A DNA stretch of 64,000 nt from Candidatus Obscuribacteraceae bacterium (GTDB lineage Bacteria > Cyanobacteriota > Vampirovibrionia > Obscuribacterales > Obscuribacteraceae): assembly GCA_044226015.1 (NCBI GenBank), contig JBGAHS010000001.1, positions 1,248,001-1,312,000 on the forward strand. The letters run 5' to 3'. Shown here piece by piece: positions 1 to 9,086 of the stretch (position 1 is its first letter; each line of letters opens with the position of its first letter). Both the position numbers and the translations under genes were made by a program. Below the pieces are notes generated by a model. It was not told where the DNA came from and did not search any database. It saw only the letters and a list, made by a program, of their open reading frames with translations.

Positions 1-476
1 GTAAAAATCTTATCGGTTTCAACCAGCAAACTCCCAATTCGTCTTCTGTAGAGTCTTTTATCTTCGTCGCTCTTGCTCAATTCATAAAGAAAACAACTTC
101 TATTCAAGAGAAGTGTTACATGAGCCATAATTTGCCTAATTTGGATAGCAATCACTTCATCATCAAAAGCTAAGTAATTTGCTACTTTTGGACGTTTCCT
201 TTTCTTGGAAAAATCAGTTGGCGTATTGATCTCATCTGAGCTTGAGTCTTCATTTTCAGGACTCAGAACTTCATAGGAAATATGCCTAAATTCAGGCATG
301 CGAGCCACTTCCAATAGTTCTTCAACGTTCGCAAGGAGCTTATGCAAAAGTGGATTGAGCAACTTAATCCGCTCGGCAGGTTCTTCCTGCAATGCCCACA
401 GGGTGTACTTTAGAATCCACTCAATTTGCTCTATTGTTTCCTCTGTAGCAACATCACCATAGTTTTGCTTATTCAT
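1..476 (-). CDS. Putative immunity/partner protein of cassette 1 (runs off the window edge)
   Basis: Own translation MNKQNYGDVATEETIEQIEWILKY... is open to base 1. Its ATG overlaps the cassette 1 stop (TAATG). Confidence 0.6.
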   Translation of the reverse strand, partial: MNKQNYGDVATEETIEQIEWILKYTLWALQEEPAERIKLLNPLLHKLLANVEELLEVARMPEFRHISYEVLSPENEDSSSDEINTPTDFSKKRKRPKVANYLAFDDEVIAIQIRQIMAHVTLLLNRSCFLYELSKSDEDKRLYRRRIGSLLVETDKIF

Positions 477-1399
477 TATCTCCTCCCATTCGGTATCCAT
501 CGGGTAAAAGTTCTGTTCCAGAATCCTGTTTTGTACCAGTCTCCGCCGAGAGAAGGACAACCGGCCCTAGCCTTACATTCATCTACACATCTACGAAATG
601 GCCACCCTTGGGGACAATGTGTAGGCAGTTCTTTACCACAATCGTCGATGCATTTTTCTTCTACTTTTTTACATTTTGGGCTTAATGGGGTCCCCTCCCC
701 AGTTCCAGTGCGTGGACCGAACCTTGGACCCATGCTTCGCCCCATAGCATCCCAAAGATCAGTAAATGCGGGGCCAATTTCATGTCCATGTTCCTGTATC
801 CATTTTCCACCAATATAAATTGCCACTGCGCCACCGGCAACAATAATGATAACAGGAGCAACAACCACAGCCATACGACCATCAGGATCAATTTGATTAA
901 TGGGATCCGAATTCACATATTGGAACAGATTAGCCCCTGAAGTTTCTTGGATGATGTCTCTACTTATGAATCTAGCTAGAGTTGAGCTGTAACCTCTGTA
1001 TTCAGATAAGCTCAAAGACGCTCGCGCTTGAAAATAATAGCTTGTAAAAAGGAAGTCGGCAGCACTTGAGCCATTGATTTTAGTGACTTGGCCAAAAGGA
1101 TCGTAAGCGTATTGCGCTTCTATAGTAGTAGTGCTTGACACAGTTTTTGTCATCTCGCGTGTTGAGCTGAGGTGATCTGCTGTATAGAAGAAATTAGTGG
1201 AAGCTCCACTACTGAAATTAGATTGACCCAGTTTTAGAAATTGTTTTCCATTGTTGAGAGAGCCAGATGCATCTCTTTCTTCGCAACGAGTTTGCTCACA
1301 CCAAAGATGTTGTTTCGTCGACGTAACACTGCCACCCGTGCGCTCCTCAATTTTTGTGGCGCGCGAAAGTGCATCATACGAAAATTGGGTGATGTTCCC
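476..1399 (-). CDS. Orphan RHS C-terminal cassette 1; hydrophobic segment plus Cys-rich tip
   Basis: In frame from the conserved site (GNITQFSYD) through YDPFG, RFISRD and DPDG. Tip has CxxxC repeats. Confidence 0.85.
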   Translation of the reverse strand, partial: GNITQFSYDALSRATKIEERTGGSVTSTKQHLWCEQTRCEERDASGSLNNGKQFLKLGQSNFSSGASTNFFYTADHLSSTREMTKTVSSTTTIEAQYAYDPFGQVTKINGSSAADFLFTSYYFQARASLSLSEYRGYSSTLARFISRDIIQETSGANLFQYVNSDPINQIDPDGRMAVVVAPVIIIVAGGAVAIYIGGKWIQEHGHEIGPAFTDLWDAMGRSMGPRFGPRTGTGEGTPLSPKCKKVEEKCIDDCGKELPTHCPQGWPFRRCVDECKARAGCPSLGGDWYKTGFWNRTFTRWIPNGRR

Positions 1400-1529
1400 G
1401 GTGCAGGCAACTTGGATCCTCGATGTTTTCTGGTTGCGCTTGGTTTGGAGTATTTCGAGTGCTGCGTGTATTGCGACTGTATGCTATTCTTAAATCCAAA
1501 GGTCGCAGCAAGCAATAGGAGCGTAAAGT

Positions 1530-1991
1530 ATGACGAGATCAAGCTTGGAACAACGCTCTATACTGCCGACGCCCGCCGATATAGAAGTCGCTAAGGCTTC
1601 GGAACCGAAGATTTGGGACATGATTGCGGCGAAAAAATCACCGCCCAGATACACAGTTTCAGATAGCAGAGGCACTAGCATCGAGTTAAGCGAGGCCGTA
1701 TTTAAGGTGCTGCTGGAAGCACTTAGAGCGATGGCTTGTGGGAACGCAGTTATGCTGGCGCCGATTGAAGCCGAAGTGACAACACAACAAGCAGCTGAAT
1801 TGCTCAATGTGTCTCGTCCTTTTTTGGTTGGACTGCTGGAGCAGGGCAAAATTCCATTTCGCATGGTAGGCAGATATCGCCGAATCAAATATCAGGACAT
1901 CCTGGACTATCAGGCTCGCAGAAGTCACCGCCGCAAACAAGCAATGGGTGAGTTGGTTTCATAAGCGCAAGATCTTAAGCTTGGTTACTAG
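1530..1991 (+). pseudogene. Excisionase-like HTH protein (antitoxin of an HTH-PIN pair) with a premature stop
   Basis: TTQQAAELLNVSRPFLVGLLEQGKIPF motif. TAA at 1962-1964 is followed in frame by AQDLKLGY*. Confidence 0.75.
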
Positions 1992-1998
1992 ATAATTA

Positions 1999-2142
1999 AT
2001 GGACCACAATTCCGCTGTTGTCTACGACGCATGTGTGCTGTTTCCTGCGCCTCTACTTCATCTCTTGGTGGAGTTAGCAGCCGAGGCGCATGACGCCGGC
2101 TTGTTTAGAGCTAAATGGACTGCACGAATTCATGATGAATGA
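1999..2142 (+). pseudogene. PIN-domain toxin, truncated
   Basis: MDHNSAVVYDACVLFPAPL...FRAKWTARIHDE*; TGA falls where the family has Trp. Lies directly after the HTH gene. Confidence 0.7.
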
Positions 2143-2353
2143 AGTCGCCGGTGATGATGAGAAGCCTGTTGTCTTGAACGATACCAAAACTTTGGAAAGC
2201 TGATAACGAGAATGCCTTGCTCGCTAAGTGCTTTTCCTCAAGTGTGAAAACTCGCGTTCCATAACCGAGAATGCCACAACAACAGCGATTTATATATTAC
2301 TGCATCGTGAATTCCAATTTGCAATTTGCCATGTCCTGTTGTTCACGAGTAAA

Positions 2354-3445
2354 TCAGCCCTTTGGCAGATCAGATTCTGACAAAGATTGCCCGGACTGAA
2401 CCTTCTGCATGAATTTCTCAACCTCCACAGATAGAGCCTTGTACTTCAGTACGCGATTCATTTTCAAGATCCTCAAACTCTGTTTTTTACCGGCAGATAG
2501 ATTTGAATCATCAACAGAAATTTGATCATCCTTCGACAGAGCGAGCAAGTAATTCCTCAAAAAATTCAATACCAAATTGGTTTGACCCATGCTTAAAACT
2601 TGAAGAATGAAACCAAGGTCGATGTCTTTCGGATAGCAAACAGTTGAAGCGCAGATTGCACCTAAATGCACTTCTGCTTCAGGAAAATTATCTTCCAGAA
2701 GGCAAGCTTTAAGCATTGCTAGCTTTCCCCAGAAGAAAGCGAAAGGCAAAATCGTCCCAATAGGATTTTCTGCGAGAGAAAGCAAAATGCCTCCGCATCG
2801 CTTGGCTGAACCTGGCATTTCTTTGAGCAAGGAAAGCGAAATCAGATCATTCAGCATCATTTGCTTATAGGTGTTTACATAAGAAGAACTATCATCGACA
2901 AATTCCAATGCCTTTTCTAAATAATCTATAGCGAGAGTGACGCATTCGTTTGATCGTGGACCAGAGCGATATGATTGCTCTGTATAGAGCTGAGCAAGCG
3001 CTGTAAGCCACTTGAGTTGGTTAGTTGGATCAACAGATAGTCCCCTGGAAAAAAGCTTTTCGCTTATCTGTTCGTCGAATAACTGGTGAAATTTTGCAGC
3101 ATTAAAAATGATGGCAGCGTTTTCAGGGTTTCGTTCCAGAGCGTCCAGCCACAGAGCAGATATACTCTTGTAATGATCGTCATTTCTATCGAATGTTATC
3201 TGAGCTAGAATTTCAAGATTGGCACTAGTCTTGATCAACTCAGCTAGAAGTGCTGAGAATTTGGTTAAAGAGTTTTCGTCAGAAGAAACTCTCAAACATC
3301 CTAAAAGCGATATTTTCTGCAACAAAGTTGCACGCCCTGTTTCTAAGGCTGTTTCAATAGTCATTCTCTCGTTTTTTGATAGCTGCGAGCCTTGATTGTA
3401 GGAATAAAGCAGGACTGCTGTTGATTCCGGATCAGAAAATTGCAT
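2354..3445 (-). CDS. TPR-like helical protein, putative immunity; paralog of 20316-21155
   Basis: WLDALERNPENAAIIFNAAKF...DPTNQLKWLTALAQLY aligns with the 20316 ORF. Confidence 0.65.
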   Translation of the reverse strand: MQFSDPESTAVLLYSYNQGSQLSKNERMTIETALETGRATLLQKISLLGCLRVSSDENSLTKFSALLAELIKTSANLEILAQITFDRNDDHYKSISALWLDALERNPENAAIIFNAAKFHQLFDEQISEKLFSRGLSVDPTNQLKWLTALAQLYTEQSYRSGPRSNECVTLAIDYLEKALEFVDDSSSYVNTYKQMMLNDLISLSLLKEMPGSAKRCGGILLSLAENPIGTILPFAFFWGKLAMLKACLLEDNFPEAEVHLGAICASTVCYPKDIDLGFILQVLSMGQTNLVLNFLRNYLLALSKDDQISVDDSNLSAGKKQSLRILKMNRVLKYKALSVEVEKFMQKVQSGQSLSESDLPKG

Positions 3446-3551
3446 GGTACTTCTTCCAAATGCTACGTGAATATATTCTATGCCAGTCTTCTAATTAAGG
3501 ACAGATTCCTTCGGAATACGATTACCGCGAAAGGCAAGTGAATCCGATTCT

Positions 3552-4079
3552 CTATTGACCACTACCAGGTTCTCCTCGCTCCCATAGGGCATCAATGCAG
3601 TTTTTCCAGTGACTGCCTGGGAATTTTGGTTCGTTGGACCTCTTACAAGCCTCACCTTTGCCATGGCAGCAGCTAATACATTCTTGATACTGTTTTTCAT
3701 CTGGAGCTAAACCTTCAGGTCCCACCCAGTAAGCGCAGGCTGACTTGCATTTTTCAGTGTTGGTATCACAACATCCATGATCATCCTTCTTGCGATATAC
3801 AATCTTCATTTTCCGAGGATGTACCTTCAGCATGTGCTTGGAAAACCGTCGCACAATCATGTCTCGCATGCAGTTCGCTTGCTTCTGCGTTTCGCAGTGA
3901 ACAAGCGCGTCGTCTGCATATCTCGTGAATGGTACATCTGGGAAGCTTTTGGATAGCCAACTGTCGAACACGTGGTGCAAAACGATGTTACTCAACAAGG
4001 GTAAAATAACTGAGCCCTGAGGGCTTCCGCTCTTTCTTTCTTCCAATGTTCCATTCTGCTGAACACCACCACAAGTCAT
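3552..4079 (-). pseudogene. Group II intron-type RT fragment fused in frame to a Cys-rich RHS-type tip
   Basis: GSPQGSVILPLLSNI, RYADD and HPRKMKIVY motifs, then a CC-TN-KC..C..QY..CIS tip resembling cassette 8. Confidence 0.8.
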
Positions 4080-4186
4080 TCACCGATCAAAGACTGGTTC
4101 AAATGGTCCACGACTGAAACAAACACCATTCCTGTCATTTATTGCACGCACGCTGTGAAGCACGATAGGATTAAGAATATGTCACT

Positions 4187-4651
4187 TTAATGAAGTTCCA
4201 GCGCAAGCTGTCTTGATTTATGAGCCTTCATATGGATCAAAACCTTCCACTGCTTTCCGTCACGGGTCAGTTGCGCGCTCATAGATTCATAAATATGTTT
4301 ATTTTCTGGGGAAGTCGGAAATGGACTACGAAATTCCAACGGAAGATTTCCAATAGATTGAATACAAATGAGATTAAACATAGCGTTCTTGCTTTTTTTC
4401 AATGGTCTTATATTCTGCACTTTGCCTACTTCGTTGATCGAAAAAAAACACTGGCTTGAGGCTTCTTTAGCCGAGGTATCTATCTTTTCCGCACAAGCTT
4501 TTTGCACATTTTGAGCAAGAACATTCTCCATCTTGTGGTGCCAGTCCGCCCATGAAGGAGACTCATAAAAGGGCGCCGAAAGATCAGTGCTCCACGATGG
4601 TGTGATCACCGAGGCGGAAAAGAAAATGGCTAGAAGTGCTACGTTCCTCAT
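4187..4651 (-). CDS. Exported protein with a TonB-C-like domain; partner of cassette 2
   Basis: N-terminal signal-like stretch; FSINEVGKVQNIRPLKKS..PFP; 4-bp overlap with the cassette 2 stop. Confidence 0.55.
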   Translation of the reverse strand: MRNVALLAIFFSASVITPSWSTDLSAPFYESPSWADWHHKMENVLAQNVQKACAEKIDTSAKEASSQCFFSINEVGKVQNIRPLKKSKNAMFNLICIQSIGNLPLEFRSPFPTSPENKHIYESMSAQLTRDGKQWKVLIHMKAHKSRQLALELH

Positions 4652-5616
4652 GGCGTAACTTTCAATCTGATCTGTCGTGGAGGATTATATTCTTCGTAAG
4701 GCAGTCCTGACATAGTACGTGAGAAATTTTCCAGCAGCATGGAGTATTTCTCCCAGTCGGGTGTGGATCCCCGATGCGATGGAGGATCGTAATTTGGATC
4801 CTCAGGACTTTGAACTCCTAAGACTATTCCAAGAGCATGCCCTATCTCGTGAGCTAGATTGATTTTTGAGGGGCATTTGCGTCGTCGGTTGCCTTCAGAT
4901 GAATCATGGCCTAAGTGAATCATAATTGCCCCACCACTAAATTCTGTAGTCGAAGGAGCAGTTCCACCCTCAATGTCTTGCATAATGAAAATGTTTCGAT
5001 CTGAATTTTCCAAGAAGTCCATGACGCTGGGCATTTCCTTTTGGAGAGTTTGAAAATCGGAATTCATTTGATCATCCCCCGTCACCCAGAATTTCAATCC
5101 AAGTGGATCTGAAAATATAGTGGACATATTCCTTACATAGCCATAGAGATTGATGCCACCGCGTTCAGCGATTGGATCGCGGCTAATGAATCTTCCCAGC
5201 CCAGCATTATAAGCCCTATATACCGGCATGTTGAGTCCACTTCGAGCATGGGCATAATATCCAGCATACTGCATATCAGCTGACACGGAGCCACTCACGA
5301 AGGTTTCAGTCACCACACCATAAGGATCAAAGCCGTATCTAGTCTTAATGGCACCAGCTGAATCGGTGAGTTCTCTGCTAGAACCAAGGTGGTCGCGGGT
5401 GTAGAAATACTTCGGAGGCGTCCCTGAAGCGAAATTAGCCTGTCCCATAATAAAGAACTGCTTCCCATTGCTTAGACTGCCTGAGCCATCTCTTTCTTCG
5501 CAGCGTGATGAGCCGCACCAGACATGTTGCTTCGTAGAAGTGACACTACTAGCGGTGGTTTCCACAATCTTGACGCATCGGCTAGCCGCATCATACGAAA
5601 ATTGGGTGATGTTTCT
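4648..5616 (-). CDS. Orphan RHS cassette 2; HExxH zinc metalloprotease tip (M91-like)
   Basis: RHS core DHLGS, RFISRDP, DPLG. Tip LAHEIGHA...LENFSRTMSGLP. Confidence 0.85.
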   Translation of the reverse strand, partial: RNITQFSYDAASRCVKIVETTASSVTSTKQHVWCGSSRCEERDGSGSLSNGKQFFIMGQANFASGTPPKYFYTRDHLGSSRELTDSAGAIKTRYGFDPYGVVTETFVSGSVSADMQYAGYYAHARSGLNMPVYRAYNAGLGRFISRDPIAERGGINLYGYVRNMSTIFSDPLGLKFWVTGDDQMNSDFQTLQKEMPSVMDFLENSDRNIFIMQDIEGGTAPSTTEFSGGAIMIHLGHDSSEGNRRRKCPSKINLAHEIGHALGIVLGVQSPEDPNYDPPSHRGSTPDWEKYSMLLENFSRTMSGLPYEEYNPPRQIRLKVTP

Positions 5617-5651
5617 GGTGCAATTTGAATGGATTTCAGCGGAGCAAGAAG

Positions 5652-5780
5652 TTATTCACGCCTGCCCTCCGGGTAACAAGGACGCAATTCGACGACTACA
5701 CGCAGGCATGTTTGTAGGCAACGGTGATAAGCAAAACATTTCTGAAGCTTGTCGTCCAAGTCGCATTGCTGCAAGTGCAA
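5652..5780 (-). pseudogene. FimB/FimE-like tyrosine recombinase 5' fragment (copy A)
   Basis: Frameshifted ALAAMRLGRQ/FRNVLLITVAYKHA/VVELR; DNA homologous to 36965-37163. Confidence 0.7.
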
Positions 5781-5859
5781 TTTGTTAGCTCGTTCAGGTT
5801 GTTGTAGCCATAGGCTGTGTCCAGTACCTGGCTCAAGCGCTCTTGTAACTTACAGATTG

Positions 5860-6432
5860 TTAGCCAGCTTGTTTCTTGCCGTATTTCTTCTTTTGCTCAG
5901 TTCGCAATTCCTGGTCTAGAATATCACTTATCTGATCCAATCTAAGCTTCACATGTCTTTTTAAAACAGGTTCCGCATTCAGATAGACATTGCTGAAAAG
6001 TACATTAGCTTCCGTGAGTACTTTGTTGTAGTTGCATTCGGCAGAAACACGCTCATTTGAAAGCGGGACCATTTCTGGAATCTGCGCTTTGAGTGCAAGT
6101 GCCTGCGCAAACAATCTATCAGCTTTTTCTGTAATTTCTACAGGTGTCAGCAGTCTCTCTATTTTGTGTTCATTCTCGCGAACATGTTGCGTGATAACTT
6201 TGCGCACATATGGTTGATAGCCAATACCTTCAAGCCGGGCGAGTTGTTTCATTTGCTCGATTAGTATTTTGGGCATTCGAATCGAAATCAATTGCAACCC
6301 GGTAGCATCATCCAAAGCTTGTTGTTGCACTTCAGACGCAGGGCGTGCATGCTCCTCCGAAGCACCTAACTCTTTATTATCCCATCGCTCTGCATCTTCA
6401 TCAAATCGGCCAATGTCTTTCCTGCTAACCAT
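5860..6432 (-). CDS. CopG/BrnA-like antitoxin with a C-terminal extension
   Basis: WDNKELG...LQLISIRMPKILIEQMKQLARLEGIGYQPYVR ribbon-helix-helix pattern. Confidence 0.7.
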   Translation of the reverse strand: MVSRKDIGRFDEDAERWDNKELGASEEHARPASEVQQQALDDATGLQLISIRMPKILIEQMKQLARLEGIGYQPYVRKVITQHVRENEHKIERLLTPVEITEKADRLFAQALALKAQIPEMVPLSNERVSAECNYNKVLTEANVLFSNVYLNAEPVLKRHVKLRLDQISDILDQELRTEQKKKYGKKQAG

Positions 6433-6434
6433 GT

Positions 6435-6730
6435 TTAAAGCCTCACCGAGTATTTTTGGTAAATGCGTTCTTCGTTTTCATCAGGCTCATAAGCTGACTT
6501 GATCACAACTTCCAAAGCCGTCAGCTGAATGAAGACAATCTTCAAACGTCTGCCTAAGTCGTTCTCTGAGATGAACCATTGTGTTGGAGGATCGGTCCTG
6601 TGTTCTTCGCGATCGTCTAACATTGCAGATTTAGTTTGGTTGCCGAAGCACTGGAGAATATCGAACTGATCTACACCGTGACGATCACGTAGTTTCTTTT
6701 TTCGATTTCATTGCTAATTAGCAGTATCAC
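6435..6730 (-). pseudogene. BrnT/DUF4258-like toxin, frameshifted
   Basis: GTG at 6730 (VILLISNEIE); frameshift in an A-run near 6700; continues KLRDRHGV..DDREEHRTDPPTQWFISE..IKSAYEP. Confidence 0.6.
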
Positions 6731-6887
6731 GGACTCGCTCCTCGTATGTACAAGTCAATTAAGTCCGGCAGAATTTATGGCTCCTGCAACAATACCCTTT
6801 TTGGGTGCTTTTTTGGTAATCCCGGGCTTTCCACCTCGAATTTCAATTCATCGGTCTCTGCCGTTTGGATTTGAGACTCAAGTGCTT

Positions 6888-7016
6888 TAGCCGGGTTTTC
6901 TTGCGCGCGCAGGCAATACTGCAACGTCAAAATGTTCGGCCATGTGCAGAAAATCGGGGTTGATTTCTGGTTCGTATCGGTCGGCCCTTGTTACAACGCC
7001 TTTCGGATTGTCTGGC
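6888..7016 (-). pseudogene. istA: IS21 istA fragment, 3' part beyond the RIT insertion
   Basis: PDNPKGVVTRADRYEPEINPDFLHMAEHFDVAVLPARARKP continues the 10509-10951 fragment. Confidence 0.85.
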
Positions 7017-7143
7017 TTTTGTGTCCAAAGGAAATATGTGGCCGATTAGCGGCCGCACGGCTGTGCGGCTGGGGGAGCCCTTTGACCGCGGCACATAATT
7101 GTCAAAGTGAATTTAGCCAATTTAGCAAATCCTTGTCGTCACG

Positions 7144-8103
7144 TCATCGAGTATTTTGGCGGTGCTTCTCTTCCGATACAGGTGGACGACAAGCTTCAAG
7201 TGCGGCTGACTTCGAACGCATGCTGATCTCCGCATAACGGTTTGTTGTATCTAAACTGACGTGACCAAGCCAGCCTCGAATAACATTCATTTCTACACCT
7301 GATTCAAGGAGGTGAATCGCTGTCGAGTGCCTGAATACGTGGGGAGAGACGGATTTTGGTGTCCCATCAACTCGCTTTTTGGAAATTTCTGTGGTGTACC
7401 TTCGAACGATTTTGTAGATTCCAAATCGAGTCAGAGCGTTTCCCTTCCGAGATTGGAATACCGAAACGTCCGGTTCATGTCCTCGCTGCAAAAGCAGCTC
7501 CCGAAGCGCAGCTGCCGTTTCTGACCACAGCGGGCAGAGTCGCCATTTACCTCCTTTTCCATACAGTCTGACAAGTAACCGCTCTAGATCAATCTGGTCT
7601 GAACGCAAACTCGCAATCTCCTGCACTCTTGCTCCCGTGTTGTACATGAAGAGCAGAAGCGTTTTGTCCCTTAGCGACAAATTAGAATTGGCATGAGAAG
7701 AAGCGCTTTTCAAAATAACACCTACTTCCTCTTTCTCCAAAAAGAATGTTTCAGGCGGATGACATCGTTTGCTTCGAATTGCCGAGATTCGTTTGGCTTC
7801 TGCGACGAATTCAGGTGCTCGAAGCGCCAGATATTCGAAAAATGTATGGAGCACTGCAAGTCGCTGATTGCGCGTTCGCACTGAACATTTGCGTTTTTCC
7901 TCTAACCAATTCAGGAATTGCAGCACAAGCTCCATTGTAAAATGCCTTTCTTCCAACTTAGTTACTTTGCACTTAGCCTGCTGTGACGCATAGAGCAAGA
8001 ATATGCGGAGGCAATCGCGGTAGCTTTTTACAGTTGAAACACGCAGCCCTCGCTGCATTGGCAAGTAATCAACAAAAAAGGATTGTAAAATTAAGCCGAT
8101 CAT
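7144..8103 (-). CDS. ritC: Tyrosine recombinase, third gene of the RIT trio
   Basis: TGARVQE, HVFRHS, LGH..TNRY; 4-bp overlap with the upstream gene. Confidence 0.9.
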   Translation of the reverse strand: MIGLILQSFFVDYLPMQRGLRVSTVKSYRDCLRIFLLYASQQAKCKVTKLEERHFTMELVLQFLNWLEEKRKCSVRTRNQRLAVLHTFFEYLALRAPEFVAEAKRISAIRSKRCHPPETFFLEKEEVGVILKSASSHANSNLSLRDKTLLLFMYNTGARVQEIASLRSDQIDLERLLVRLYGKGGKWRLCPLWSETAAALRELLLQRGHEPDVSVFQSRKGNALTRFGIYKIVRRYTTEISKKRVDGTPKSVSPHVFRHSTAIHLLESGVEMNVIRGWLGHVSLDTTNRYAEISMRSKSAALEACRPPVSEEKHRQNTR

Positions 8104-9086
8104 TTCAATTCCTCCTTCAACACTGGGGAAGCAAATTTGTGGAAGCGATGATTCGCCTCGTTTAACAAGTCGGTGGTGATGGTCAAATAAACTGCAGTAG
8201 ACTCCAGGCTCACATGTCCCATGAAAACAGATAAGTAGAGTAATCTCTGTGACGGATTTGCTCCTTCTCGGTACCAGCGCAACAAAGTGTTGACGGCAAA
8301 TGAATGTCGCAAGTCATGCAAACGAGGTGCCATTTCACCTTCAGAAGAGCTGATCTGCATTTGTAGTACAAGCTGATGAAAGATTTGACTGATTGTGCAA
8401 GGATTGATCGGACGACGTTCCTTTCCTCGAAACCAGAAAACTGGATCCAAGCCAGCCGACTTGTTGCCACACTCGTCGATGAATTCATTTAAGCGCTGGC
8501 CAAGCTTCGGCCCCATAGGTACCAGACGCGTTTTAGAAAACTTGGTCTCCTTGATAATGAGGATGTTTTTCTCAAAATCCACGTGCCCTATTTTCAAACG
8601 AGATATTTCACCCACTCTTAATCCAAGTCCATAAATCAGGGCGAATATCAATTGGTACATTTTTCCCCGATTCAGAGCATTTGGTGCATCAGGCAGTCGA
8701 CCTGCCAAAAGCAAGATCTCTTTAACTTCTTCATGCTTTAGAATGTGAGGTCTCAGTTGAGCAACTGCACGACGGGATACGGCGCGAAATGGAGAAAGAG
8801 GTAGTATTTCCTGACTAACCATCCACTCAAAGAAACGTCGGACAACACCAACTAAATGATTGTAGCTGCGGGGTCGAGTCCGTGTTCTTGACGCTAAGAA
8901 GTTGTCCAAAAGTTCGGCAGTCAATTGCTCCATTGAGGAAACGCTGCATTCAACCAGATAGCGATCTAGCAGTTGAAGGGCGCGTTCTTCCGTATGGAAT
9001 TTCTTGCGTAGTGAGCGTTTGTATTGCAAGAATTGCTCAATCGATTTTGAAAGAGGACTCTTAAAACCTGTCCATTGACTATTCAT
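8100..9086 (-). CDS. ritB: Tyrosine recombinase, second gene of the RIT trio
   Basis: LGLRVGE, HDLRHS, MGH..TAVY. Confidence 0.9.
   Translation of the reverse strand: MNSQWTGFKSPLSKSIEQFLQYKRSLRKKFHTEERALQLLDRYLVECSVSSMEQLTAELLDNFLASRTRTRPRSYNHLVGVVRRFFEWMVSQEILPLSPFRAVSRRAVAQLRPHILKHEEVKEILLLAGRLPDAPNALNRGKMYQLIFALIYGLGLRVGEISRLKIGHVDFEKNILIIKETKFSKTRLVPMGPKLGQRLNEFIDECGNKSAGLDPVFWFRGKERRPINPCTISQIFHQLVLQMQISSSEGEMAPRLHDLRHSFAVNTLLRWYREGANPSQRLLYLSVFMGHVSLESTAVYLTITTDLLNEANHRFHKFASPVLKEELK

Noticed and set aside
1234..1594. Recurring small ORFs such as LPDASLSS..SYENWVMFP and TSPNFRMMHFRA
   Set aside because: These are antisense or alternative-frame shadows of the conserved cassette 5' DNA.
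3552..4079. Diversity-generating retroelement (RT plus repeated sequences)
   Set aside because: The RT is a partial group II intron type (PQG/YADD), and I saw no repeat pair differing specifically at adenines.
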